A DNA stretch of 64,000 bases, from the IMG/VR virus record IMGVR_UViG_3300028832_000096; one strand, written 5' to 3'. Below are positions 1 through 6,783 of the stretch, piece after piece. How positions within the stretch are numbered: the first letter of the stretch is position 1; each line of letters begins with the position of its first letter. The position numbers and the translations under genes were made by a program. The notes under the pieces are model-generated. The model was not told the origin of the DNA. It saw only the letters and a program-made list of their open reading frames with translations, and searched no databases. This stretch comes from a virus. Lineage: Duplodnaviria > Caudoviricetes.

Positions 1-891
1 ATCATATGTATAGCCTAGATTGAATTTAATTACAGCGCTAATGATTTCATCTAATGACTGTCTTCCGAGGTTGCGAATATTTGTAAATGGCTTATCATAG
101 TTGACGATATCATGCAATGTGTTCAACTGGCTTCTCTTCAAGCAGTTATACGTCCTGATAGAGAAATCCATATCCTCAACAATGATGTCTGAAAGAGCTA
201 CACGTTTTACAGGTTCAGGTGTAGGCTTAAGTAATCTAACAGCTTCAAGTCCCGCAGCATACTGCTTGAGCTGCTCGTTTTCTTCCTTGAGCTGCTCGAT
301 AGTAGTTTTTGATGCAAACAACTCTTTCAATGCAAAATGAACTTTGCGAAGAGCTTTAAATTCAATCTGTCTTACTCTTTCTCGTGTAAGTCCTAATTTC
401 TTACCAGCTTCCTCAAGTGTAAGGCTATCTCTATAACGCATTTCGACTACAGCCTGCTCACGGTAATTAAGTCGGTCTCTGAATATTCTATCGAATTCAA
501 AAGGAGTAACATTGCGATAACTCATATCGAATTCGTCGTCATTGTTAATGTCTTCAAAGTACGACATAATAGCTACACCTGCAAGGCTGTAGTTTACAGT
601 AGCGATTATGAAATTGTAGGGAAAAATATCTTCGAGTGTCTGAGTGTGGTCAACCATCAATCTTGCAGCGACCACATTAGAGCAAATCTTTTCAAACTTT
701 GCACTAAAAAGCTTTTCAAGAGCCTTCTGAGCCTTAGGGTCAGGCAAACTAACTAACTGAAGCCATTTCTGAATTGCTGCTTCTGACATTCCAAGAAGTG
801 CAGCAAAATCTCTATATGTGAGATTATTATTCTTGCAATAAAGCCTGATATTGTTGGCCAGACACTCTTTCTGTTCTTCGGGTTTATACAT
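1..891 (-). CDS. XRE-HTH / sigma70 region 4 / RNA polymerase alpha-CTD fusion protein (3' end runs off window)
   Basis: Hand translation from ATG 891 (GGAGG RBS upstream) stays open to position 1. It reads LANNIRLYCKNNNLTYRDFAALLGMSEAAIQKW (XRE), LTLEEAGKKLGLTRERVRQIEFKALRK (sigma 4.2) and VEDMDFSIRTYNCLKRSQLNTLHDIV...IRNLGRQSLDEI (alpha-CTD). Confidence 0.88.
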   Translation of the reverse strand, partial: MYKPEEQKECLANNIRLYCKNNNLTYRDFAALLGMSEAAIQKWLQLVSLPDPKAQKALEKLFSAKFEKICSNVVAARLMVDHTQTLEDIFPYNFIIATVNYSLAGVAIMSYFEDINNDDEFDMSYRNVTPFEFDRIFRDRLNYREQAVVEMRYRDSLTLEEAGKKLGLTRERVRQIEFKALRKVHFALKELFASKTTIEQLKEENEQLKQYAAGLEAVRLLKPTPEPVKRVALSDIIVEDMDFSIRTYNCLKRSQLNTLHDIVNYDKPFTNIRNLGRQSLDEIISAVIKFNLGYTYD

Positions 892-935
892 ATAGTAACT
901 CCTCCTTTGCTTTGTGCAATATTGATGCTATGTTT

Positions 936-948
936 ACTATAACGATTT
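936..948 (-). promoter_or_regulatory. putative class-E phage promoter AATCGT-TATAGT
   Basis: Motif lies about 45 nt upstream of the 891 start and recurs upstream of other accessory blocks. Confidence 0.5.
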
Positions 949-1094
949 TAATTAGAAGTATCTGTTACTGAGGTTTCTGTAAGCTTATCTGCAAGGATAG
1001 TATGACATCTTGTTAACATGCCGTTAGTAACTAGAAGGAAAACTATAATTATAACTAGAATTAAAATGATTGAACCAGAATCAAACTTTGCCAT
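948..1094 (-). CDS. small membrane protein
   Basis: Probable start MAKFDSG at 1094, followed by one hydrophobic helix. Confidence 0.55.
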   Translation of the reverse strand: MAKFDSGSIILILVIIIVFLLVTNGMLTRCHTILADKLTETSVTDTSN

Positions 1095-1095
1095 A

Positions 1096-1317
1096 TTATT
1101 TCTGCCACCAACGCTTTTTCTTTGCTTTTTCAGCTTCTTCGCGTTGCTTGAGCAATTTATCCTGCTCGGCAAAGTAGGTTTGATAATAATCAAAGTTTGC
1201 AATGATATCGTCAAGTTCATTAGAGGTAAGCCCTACAGATTGTCTAATCTGGACATAATTATTTACACCGCTTGCAAATAATTTACTAACAGATTCAAAT
1301 TGATGCTTTGAGACCAT
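1096..1317 (-). CDS. hypothetical protein
   Basis: 73-aa ORF packed between its neighbours. Confidence 0.65.
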   Translation of the reverse strand: MVSKHQFESVSKLFASGVNNYVQIRQSVGLTSNELDDIIANFDYYQTYFAEQDKLLKQREEAEKAKKKRWWQK

Positions 1318-1318
1318 A

Positions 1319-1504
1319 TCAATATCCTCTATCTGACGGACTAAATAAATTGTAATATTCCGGAGGTAAATTTCCTTTATTATCCGGTACGCCTAATTCA
1401 CGAGCACATTTACTGCATACTAAAGGCATTTCATCATATTCCATATTGCACCTAGTGCATTTGTATGTATGATTCTTTGTATATTTGAATCTAACTTTTG
1501 TCAT
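1319..1504 (-). CDS. small zinc-ribbon protein
   Basis: Start corrected to ATG 1504 (AGGAGG RBS); CTRC...CSKC. Confidence 0.7.
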   Translation of the reverse strand: MTKVRFKYTKNHTYKCTRCNMEYDEMPLVCSKCARELGVPDNKGNLPPEYYNLFSPSDRGY

Positions 1505-1704
1505 AGCCCACCTCCTAGATAAAAGAAGCCATTTATTCGATATAGGATACAGAATAAATGGCGAAAGACTGTATCCGAAGGTTCGCTTATTTTGAAAGGA
1601 GCGGTTATAGGGAATGGAAAGAAACAAGACCCATAACCACTGTCGAGCAAGCCTACAAGAGCAACAAGTAAATAGTGTTATTAACAGAAGTCTTCTGCAA
1701 CAAC

Positions 1705-1791
1705 TGGTGGGAAAGGTAGGAGTCGAACCTACCGAGTCATCTAACAACAGATTTACAGTCTGTCCCGCTACCAGCTACGGACTACTTTCCC
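1705..1791 (-). tRNA. tRNA-Tyr (GTA)
   Basis: GGGAAAG/CTTTCCC acceptor, CTGTAAA anticodon loop, long variable arm, GTTCGACTC T-loop, encoded ACCA. Confidence 0.93.
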
Positions 1792-1794
1792 ATA

Positions 1795-2230
1795 AGGTAG
1801 GAGGCCTAACCTCCCTTGTCGGAGTTATCAGTCATTCTCCGAGTTCCCGCTAGCCGGCGACTGAGTACCTCCGGGCACGGTGTTCAGGTAAAAGAAGCAT
1901 CGGGCACATGTCGGCTTGCCAGTTGACATAAGGACTGTTACTACCTTAGTCGATGCTTGAGTCGGGAGCCTACTTTCCCCTGCAAGGCCCAACCTTACTT
2001 GTCTGGCATCTCACCAGAGTTCCCTCTGTCTGATTTGTATACCGCAAGTATGAGGTGGGTGGGCAGTTGCAACTCCCCAGTGCGGTTTTGCTACGATAAG
2101 ACCTGCCAAGTCTCTGTCTCTTGTATTCGTAGCCATACTCTGTATCTTGCTCACCGTTCCAAGATAGTATAAACGCCGATAAATTTCGTGTATCGGTCAC
2201 GGCTCGTTTTGGCAGGAGAGAGCGACCCCT
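1795..2230 (-). ncRNA. unclassified structured RNA(s), including a long-range pseudoknot
   Basis: No credible ORF. Many perfect helices: AAGCATCG/CGATGCTT, TCGGAG/CTCCGA, and CCTGCCAA/TTGGCAGG crossing GCTACGA/TCGTAGC. Confidence 0.55.
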
Positions 2231-2368
2231 TGGTGAAGGGTGATAGGAGTCGCACCTATCAGTTGATAACATTCCTAGCCTAACGCAATCCCCTCAAAAA
2301 TTTCTTCTTGATTCGCTACTGCGTAGTTATCGCTATAGGATAACCCGTCTACTTTGCGGCAACCCTTC
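2231..2368 (-). ncRNA. tRNA-like RNA with anticodon arm replaced by a long hairpin
   Basis: GAAGGGT/ACCCTTC-A-CCA acceptor, CCG/CGG D-stem, GATAGG-TGCGACT-CCTATC T-arm; no 7-nt anticodon loop. Confidence 0.75.
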
Positions 2369-2530
2369 ATGTTAATGCAGATTTGTTTGTCGTAAACCTC
2401 TTAGGTCGCGCTCACCCGTATGAATACTGTTAGAAGTTCTGCTTCTCCTAGTGACTGACTCTTATCGCTGGCTGTCACCTACTCCCGCCAAGGTTTTTCT
2501 AGAGAGGTACTTGGAACTACACCTCATTAG

Positions 2531-2630
2531 TGAAGTAGGTTAGGACTCGAACCTAACATGTCCGTGTCTTTTCGATTTAAGGTTCTTGCACGAACTAACG
2601 CCATAGTGTCTGCCGTTCCACCACTACTTC
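2531..2630 (-). ncRNA. tRNA-like RNA (Leu-type D arm, no canonical anticodon arm)
   Basis: GAAGTAG/CTACTTC-A acceptor, GTGGAACGGCAGACAC D-arm, GTTAGG-TTCGAGT-CCTAAC T-arm. Confidence 0.75.
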
Positions 2631-2849
2631 ATATTTGAGGGTTCACCTTGTATCACCCACAGGTTCTCTTGTTTAACTACCGTCTTTAACCACCTTATCA
2701 ACAAGCAAGTTACAGTGGTGCAATAGTGACCGCTCACCTAATAGGCTTCTTTGTGTTTTTACTCCTCCATCCCACTATCGACTTCGAAAACCTCTAACGA
2801 GGAAATGAGTTGAGTTTTTGAAGAGGTACTCCTTTGTTAAACTCTTAGG

Positions 2850-2962
2850 TGAAGTAGGTTAGGACTCGAACCTAACAGGGAAATCTCCCGATTTCCTGCC
2901 TCCTATGTCATCTTAAATAAGATGCAACTCGGACGCTGTGTTTACCTATCCACCACTACTTC
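2850..2962 (-). ncRNA. tRNA-like RNA, paralogue of 2531-2630 with a different middle
   Basis: Acceptor and T-arm identical to 2531-2630; extended CATCTT/AAGATG arm and GGAAATC/GATTTCC variable arm. Confidence 0.75.
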
Positions 2963-3115
2963 ATATCTAATGTGAGTGTAAGAATAACCTAACCACGACT
3001 GGTTCGACTTGATTATTCCCATTTGTCGGTAGCACTCACAACTACCGCTGTCCTATTATCGTTGACAGGTACGCCTAACCATTATTAACGCCTTTGCGCT
3101 ACAGGGTATAGGAAT

Positions 3116-3267
3116 TGGAGACGGGAGACTAGATTTCTACTAGCAATTTCTAGGAGCTACCCCAGCCGTGTTTCACTATACCAGCTACGTATAGTGGCAA
3201 TCGCTGTATTCCATCATCGATAGCGCTACTCGACAACGGGTACAGATTACCTTTACACTACTCCCTC
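3116..3267 (-). ncRNA. degenerate tRNA-like RNA with two hairpins inserted in the D-loop
   Basis: GAGGGAG/CTCCC(G)TC-T-CCA acceptor, GTGT/ACAC D-stem, GCTAG-TAGAAAT-CTAGT T-like arm. Confidence 0.55.
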
Positions 3268-3304
3268 TGGTGATAAGTTTTTAAGAGAGAACCTACCAAA
3301 CTCT
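3268..3304 (-). ncRNA. 37-nt H-type pseudoknot ending in ACCA (copy 1)
   Basis: AGAG-TTTGGTAGGTTCT-CTCT-TAAAAA-CTTATC-ACCA. Confidence 0.65.
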
Positions 3305-3471
3305 AAGGTATAATGATGTACTATGGCACATCCGAAGATGTAAAATCCACATTCATTTTGTGCGTACATCAGGCACTCACCTGACCAGCGGAGTGATATA
3401 GGTCATTGTTCCGTGACATTAGCCTTTGTCCGAACATCTCCATCTCCTAGTGGCTAACTCAATGGAGTGGT

Positions 3472-3508
3472 TGGCGATAAGTTTTTGAGAAGAACCTACC
3501 AAACTTCT
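3472..3508 (-). ncRNA. 37-nt H-type pseudoknot ending in GCCA (copy 2)
   Basis: AGAAG-TTTGGTAGGTT-CTTCT-CAAAAA-CTTATC-GCCA. Confidence 0.65.
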
Positions 3509-3564
3509 GAATATAAGGCACATCTAAACGATTTCATAATGTATAAAATTGCTGTAAGTGCCTT

Positions 3565-3594
3565 TGGTGAGAGGTACTTGGGATTACACCTCTC
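3565..3594 (-). ncRNA. 30-nt acceptor-stem microhelix ending in ACCA
   Basis: GAGAGGT-(12-nt loop)-ACCTCTC-A-CCA, with 0-nt junctions on both sides. Confidence 0.6.
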
Positions 3595-3713
3595 TGGTTT
3601 AGGGCGGGTAACATAGACATAACGCTTGTCATTTCTGATACCCTGTGTCCACCCGTTCATCAAACACGTTACACTGACTTGCACTGTCAGGATTTGCGAG
3701 TGTACAACCCTAA
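3595..3713 (-). ncRNA. acceptor-closed structured RNA ending in ACCA
   Basis: TTAGGGT...GCCCTAA-A-CCA; starts immediately after the previous CCA. Confidence 0.65.
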
Positions 3714-3750
3714 TGGTGATAGGTTTTTAACAAGAACCTAACAAACTTGT
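3714..3750 (-). ncRNA. 37-nt H-type pseudoknot ending in ACCA (copy 3)
   Basis: ACAAG-TTTGTTAGGTT-CTTGT-TAAAAA-CCTATC-ACCA; the first stem covaries relative to copy 2. Confidence 0.65.
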
Positions 3751-3786
3751 AGCTTTCATTGCCCAGGATAGCTATAACTTGGGCCT

Positions 3787-3863
3787 TGGTGGACAATCAA
3801 GGACTCGAACCTTGGACCAACCGGTTATGAGCCGGTAGCTCTGACCAACTGAGCTAATTGTCC
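3787..3863 (-). tRNA. tRNA-Ile2 (CAT, lysidine type); tRNA-Met less likely
   Basis: Canonical cloverleaf GGACAAT...GGCTCATAACC...ATTGTCC-A-CCA; resembles Bacillota tRNA-Ile(CAU). Confidence 0.88.
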
Positions 3864-3960
3864 ATTGGTGTTGGTGTGACCTATAGATATTCTTTGTGGT
3901 CAACTTTTCTCCAACTGTGGTCGTATGATATCCTACGATTTAGTCAGATTCTCTAACCCC

Positions 3961-4050
3961 TGGCAGGCGGTTTCCTATAGGTATTTGCATGCTATTGTTT
4001 CTCCGATTATCTCGTTGAGCTCTACAAGATAATAAGATTCCCTACCGCCT
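3961..4050 (-). ncRNA. acceptor-closed structured RNA ending in GCCA
   Basis: AGGCGGT...ACCGCCT-G-CCA with an internal ATTATCTTG/CGAGATAAT hairpin. Confidence 0.65.
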
Positions 4051-4176
4051 TGGTAATAGATAGGCTGTTCCTCGAACTCCATTTAACTACTGCCCAGCCG
4101 TTACGCTAAGCTCTTTCGGAATTGGGATTCGTCCAAGTCTCCCCACGCCCTAAGAGGTCCGTAGCACCTATCTACT
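4051..4176 (-). ncRNA. acceptor-closed structured RNA ending in ACCA
   Basis: 10-bp closing stem AGTAGATAGG/CCTATCTATT-A-CCA, starting right after the tRNA-Leu CCA. Confidence 0.65.
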
Positions 4177-4264
4177 TGGTGCGAATAGTCGGATTTGAAC
4201 CGACACGGATTATTAGTCCGACGGATTTTAAGTCCGTTGCGTCTGCCAATTTCGCCATACTCGC
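4177..4264 (-). tRNA. tRNA-Leu (TAA)
   Basis: GCGAGTA/TATTCGC acceptor, CTTAAAA anticodon loop, long variable arm, encoded ACCA. Confidence 0.94.
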
Positions 4265-4282
4265 ATATTATAAATTGTCAAG

Positions 4283-4582
4283 TTACAACATCAAATCTGT
4301 ATACAATTTCTGTAAATCAGATAAGATTTCTTCTAGTTTAACCCTATCAATTTCTTTATCATTTAATGCTTTATCTAAATCGTTGATACATTCTTTATAA
4401 CGATACGCAAATCTATTAATAAGAATTTCTGCTTTTTCTTCATCTTCTTTAACGAGCATATCAAACAAATCAGCTGATTCTCTACCTAACTTATCATTGA
4501 TGATTCGTTCAAACTCTTTCTTGTCATCAGAATCTTTGTTGGTAAAGAACTTATCTCCGTCAGATGTTTCAAGATAAAACAT
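4283..4582 (-). CDS. hypothetical protein
   Basis: 99-aa ORF with an RBS, coupled to the upstream gene. Confidence 0.75.
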   Translation of the reverse strand: MFYLETSDGDKFFTNKDSDDKKEFERIINDKLGRESADLFDMLVKEDEEKAEILINRFAYRYKECINDLDKALNDKEIDRVKLEEILSDLQKLYTDLML

Positions 4583-4743
4583 TACTTAATCTCCTTTGTG
4601 CCAAAGGCACTAACATACATTTCAATCTGGAGTATAGCCATGCGGAAGGCCATCTCCATATCAGATTCACCTTCCTCATGTGCTTTGTTAGCTAAACTAG
4701 TCATGTGATGAATATATTCATCAACATCAATAAATCTTGCCAT
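4582..4743 (-). CDS. hypothetical protein
   Basis: Start corrected to MARFIDV (AAAGGAG RBS). Confidence 0.65.
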   Translation of the reverse strand: MARFIDVDEYIHHMTSLANKAHEEGESDMEMAFRMAILQIEMYVSAFGTKEIK

Positions 4744-4790
4744 TAGGTTCTCCTTTACTATCAAAGGTTATTTTTTGACTAATTTTGCAA

Positions 4791-5282
4791 TTAGATATAC
4801 TTGTTATACTTCTCCAAAAGTTTGACGTATTGAATATAATCTGTAGGAAATAACTTATTGAGATTTTCATGCTGCATAAAGTTAACAAGATACATTAATG
4901 CGTGAGCTATATAGTATTCATCTTTGTCCTGCTTTTCAGCAACTTTTTCTCCATACTTCTTAAGAATCAAATCAAGATTTCTATTGATTTCATCGAGGTT
5001 CTCCTGCTTTGCTGCATAGTAGTTGTACACACTATTATCTGCAGAAATGAGAGGCTTATTCTTTCTATCCTTGGGTCGTGTTTCTGCAAAATATGCATCA
5101 TAGAGCTCTTTGTCTGGAATTACCTGATGTATTCTATGAAACACTTCTTCTGGTGGCAACCTTCTACTATTTACATAATCAGTAATAGTAGTTCTGTGGA
5201 CGCCTACAGTTGAGCTGAGCGCTTTATGCGTTATACCCTTCTCCTTCATAAGCCTTCTGAGTGTTTCTGCGAATGTTGCCAT
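4791..5282 (-). CDS. XRE-family HTH transcription regulator
   Basis: FAETLRRLMKEKGITHKALSSTVGVHRTTITDYVNSRRLP. Confidence 0.85.
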   Translation of the reverse strand: MATFAETLRRLMKEKGITHKALSSTVGVHRTTITDYVNSRRLPPEEVFHRIHQVIPDKELYDAYFAETRPKDRKNKPLISADNSVYNYYAAKQENLDEINRNLDLILKKYGEKVAEKQDKDEYYIAHALMYLVNFMQHENLNKLFPTDYIQYVKLLEKYNKYI

Positions 5283-5297
5283 TAAATATTTCCTCCT

Positions 5298-5699
5298 TTA
5301 TTTGTAAAGTATTTCAACTACATTGTTTTCACTTTCGCTGACAACTTTTTCTCTATCACTCATTACGAATAATAGGAATTTACTAAGCTCTTTGTCGTGT
5401 AACGTCTGTATAGATGAAGTATCTCGGCGAATATCATCATTTACTTCATTAGCCCAGTAAAGTGTAACAGCTACCTGAGAAGTATTTGTAAAATATCTAT
5501 TATTATGATATGCCCACGAAGGCATTGTTATACGTGCTGCAACAACATATTCTGAATTCTTAATGGCTATGGCTTTTTCTATCTCCATTCTGAGTTTATT
5601 TTGATATTCTTCGCCTTTACCATTATGCCATTCATCCATTGTTATAAACATACATCTATCTCCTTTTGGAATATTGATACGCGTACTATAACGATTCAT
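5298..5699 (-). CDS. hypothetical protein
   Basis: 133-aa ORF. Confidence 0.7.
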   Translation of the reverse strand: MNRYSTRINIPKGDRCMFITMDEWHNGKGEEYQNKLRMEIEKAIAIKNSEYVVAARITMPSWAYHNNRYFTNTSQVAVTLYWANEVNDDIRRDTSSIQTLHDKELSKFLLFVMSDREKVVSESENNVVEILYK

Positions 5700-5704
5700 A
5701 CATA

Positions 5705-5733
5705 ATTAAAGCGGCCAGATTTCTCTGACCGCT
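5705..5733 (-). terminator. intrinsic terminator
   Basis: AGCGGTCAGA/TCTGGCCGCT hairpin followed by a T-rich tail. Confidence 0.55.
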
Positions 5734-5761
5734 CTGTGGAGTAAAAATGAGTGATAAGAAC

Positions 5762-6202
5762 TTAGATTCTAACAGATGTTCCGCCGAGGATAATCCACTT
5801 GTCTTCTCCAATCTTGCCCCAATTACCCTTTGTTTCGCTAACAACAAGTTTAGAGCCGTTAGGAATTAACTTAACCTTAGGGAAAGATAATCCAGGTCCT
5901 TTAAAGGAATAAACACCGGCACCTGATGTAATTACAATCTTGAATTCGCCTTCAGGTTTCTTCTCTTCCTTCTTAGGTTCAACCTTCTTAGGCTCTTCCT
6001 TTTTCTCTTCAACCTTTACAGGTTCTGCGACAGGCTCCTCGACCTTGGGCTCTTCTGCAACAACAGGAGCTTCCTCGACCTTAGGCTCTGCCTTCTTCTT
6101 TGTTGTAGTCTTCTTTGTTGTAGTCTTCTTAGGCTGTTCCTCAACAGCTTCAACCTGCTGAACGTCTGCCTCTGCGACTTCTGTCTTTTTCTTTGTAGCC
6201 AT
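5762..6202 (-). CDS. K/E/P-rich protein with C-terminal SH3b-like domain
   Basis: Low-complexity N-terminus, then GPGLSFPKVKLIPNGSKLVVSETKGNWGKIGEDKWI. Confidence 0.7.
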   Translation of the reverse strand: MATKKKTEVAEADVQQVEAVEEQPKKTTTKKTTTKKKAEPKVEEAPVVAEEPKVEEPVAEPVKVEEKKEEPKKVEPKKEEKKPEGEFKIVITSGAGVYSFKGPGLSFPKVKLIPNGSKLVVSETKGNWGKIGEDKWIILGGTSVRI

Positions 6203-6223
6203 GTTGATTTCTCCTGTATATTT

Positions 6224-6580
6224 TTATTTTAAAGTTACACCAATACAACCTTCGCCATAAGAAGCTTCAGATAAAGCGCTTATTGAATCTACAGTGTAGT
6301 TGTTGAAAAAAGTATCAGCTTTAAATCCAGTTCCATCTAGATAGGATTCAAACATCCAGATATCATAATATTCGTTACCGCTTATAGGAAGGTCACATTC
6401 TTCCGCTAACCATTCCTCAGGTGACAAATCTTCATAACCTTCAATTTCATTACCATCTTCGTCATATGGTGCTTCATTGTATCCTGCAAAAACAGCAATA
6501 TCATAAATGATATCTTCTGTTAATGATACGAGTATAGTACCATCAAGAACGTCAAATACATTCTTAAATCTTAAGTCCAT
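6224..6580 (-). CDS. acidic hypothetical protein
   Basis: 118-aa ORF, translationally coupled. Confidence 0.7.
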   Translation of the reverse strand: MDLRFKNVFDVLDGTILVSLTEDIIYDIAVFAGYNEAPYDEDGNEIEGYEDLSPEEWLAEECDLPISGNEYYDIWMFESYLDGTGFKADTFFNNYTVDSISALSEASYGEGCIGVTLK

Positions 6581-6771
6581 TAGAATCTACCTCCACGAGT
6601 GTTAGAATAAATCCACTGAAGCCAATCTGCCATATCTTGATATCTACCATGGTCTGATTTTTCAGAAAAATCATCAACAGCTTCATAGGTTTCATCATCC
6701 ATTCCGTCTAATATGTTAAATACATTTTTAATGGCATCTTCAAGACGCTTTACGTCTTTCCTATTTATCAT
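6580..6771 (-). CDS. hypothetical protein
   Basis: 63-aa ORF with an RBS. Confidence 0.65.
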   Translation of the reverse strand: MINRKDVKRLEDAIKNVFNILDGMDDETYEAVDDFSEKSDHGRYQDMADWLQWIYSNTRGGRF

Positions 6772-6783
6772 ATTATTCCCCCT

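Noticed and set aside
2231-3267. Intron-containing tRNAs or tmRNA
   Set aside because: Inserts are far too short for group I introns and no bulge-helix-bulge is visible. There is no G3:U70 Ala acceptor or tag ORF.
3268-3750. preQ1-I riboswitches
   Set aside because: Size and topology are similar, but the loop lacks the ligand-pairing C, no regulated gene follows, and the units end in CCA.
1795-3800. Hammerhead, pistol or theta (HDV-like) ribozymes
   Set aside because: No CUGAUGA/GAAA core. The 2640-2715 segment only loosely resembles pistol. No convincing HDV nested pseudoknot after the tRNA 3' ends. Not excluded without covariance searches.
4267-4281. sigmaA promoter upstream of tRNA-Leu (TTGACA and TATAAT both present)
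   Set aside because: The hexamers are only 3 nt apart.
1614-4400. ORF-track ORFs in the RNA region (1614-1853, 1957-2172, 1970-2272, 3496-3684, 4122-4400, and the extension of 1319 to 1747)
   Set aside because: They overlap tRNAs or structured RNAs, lack RBSs and have atypical composition.
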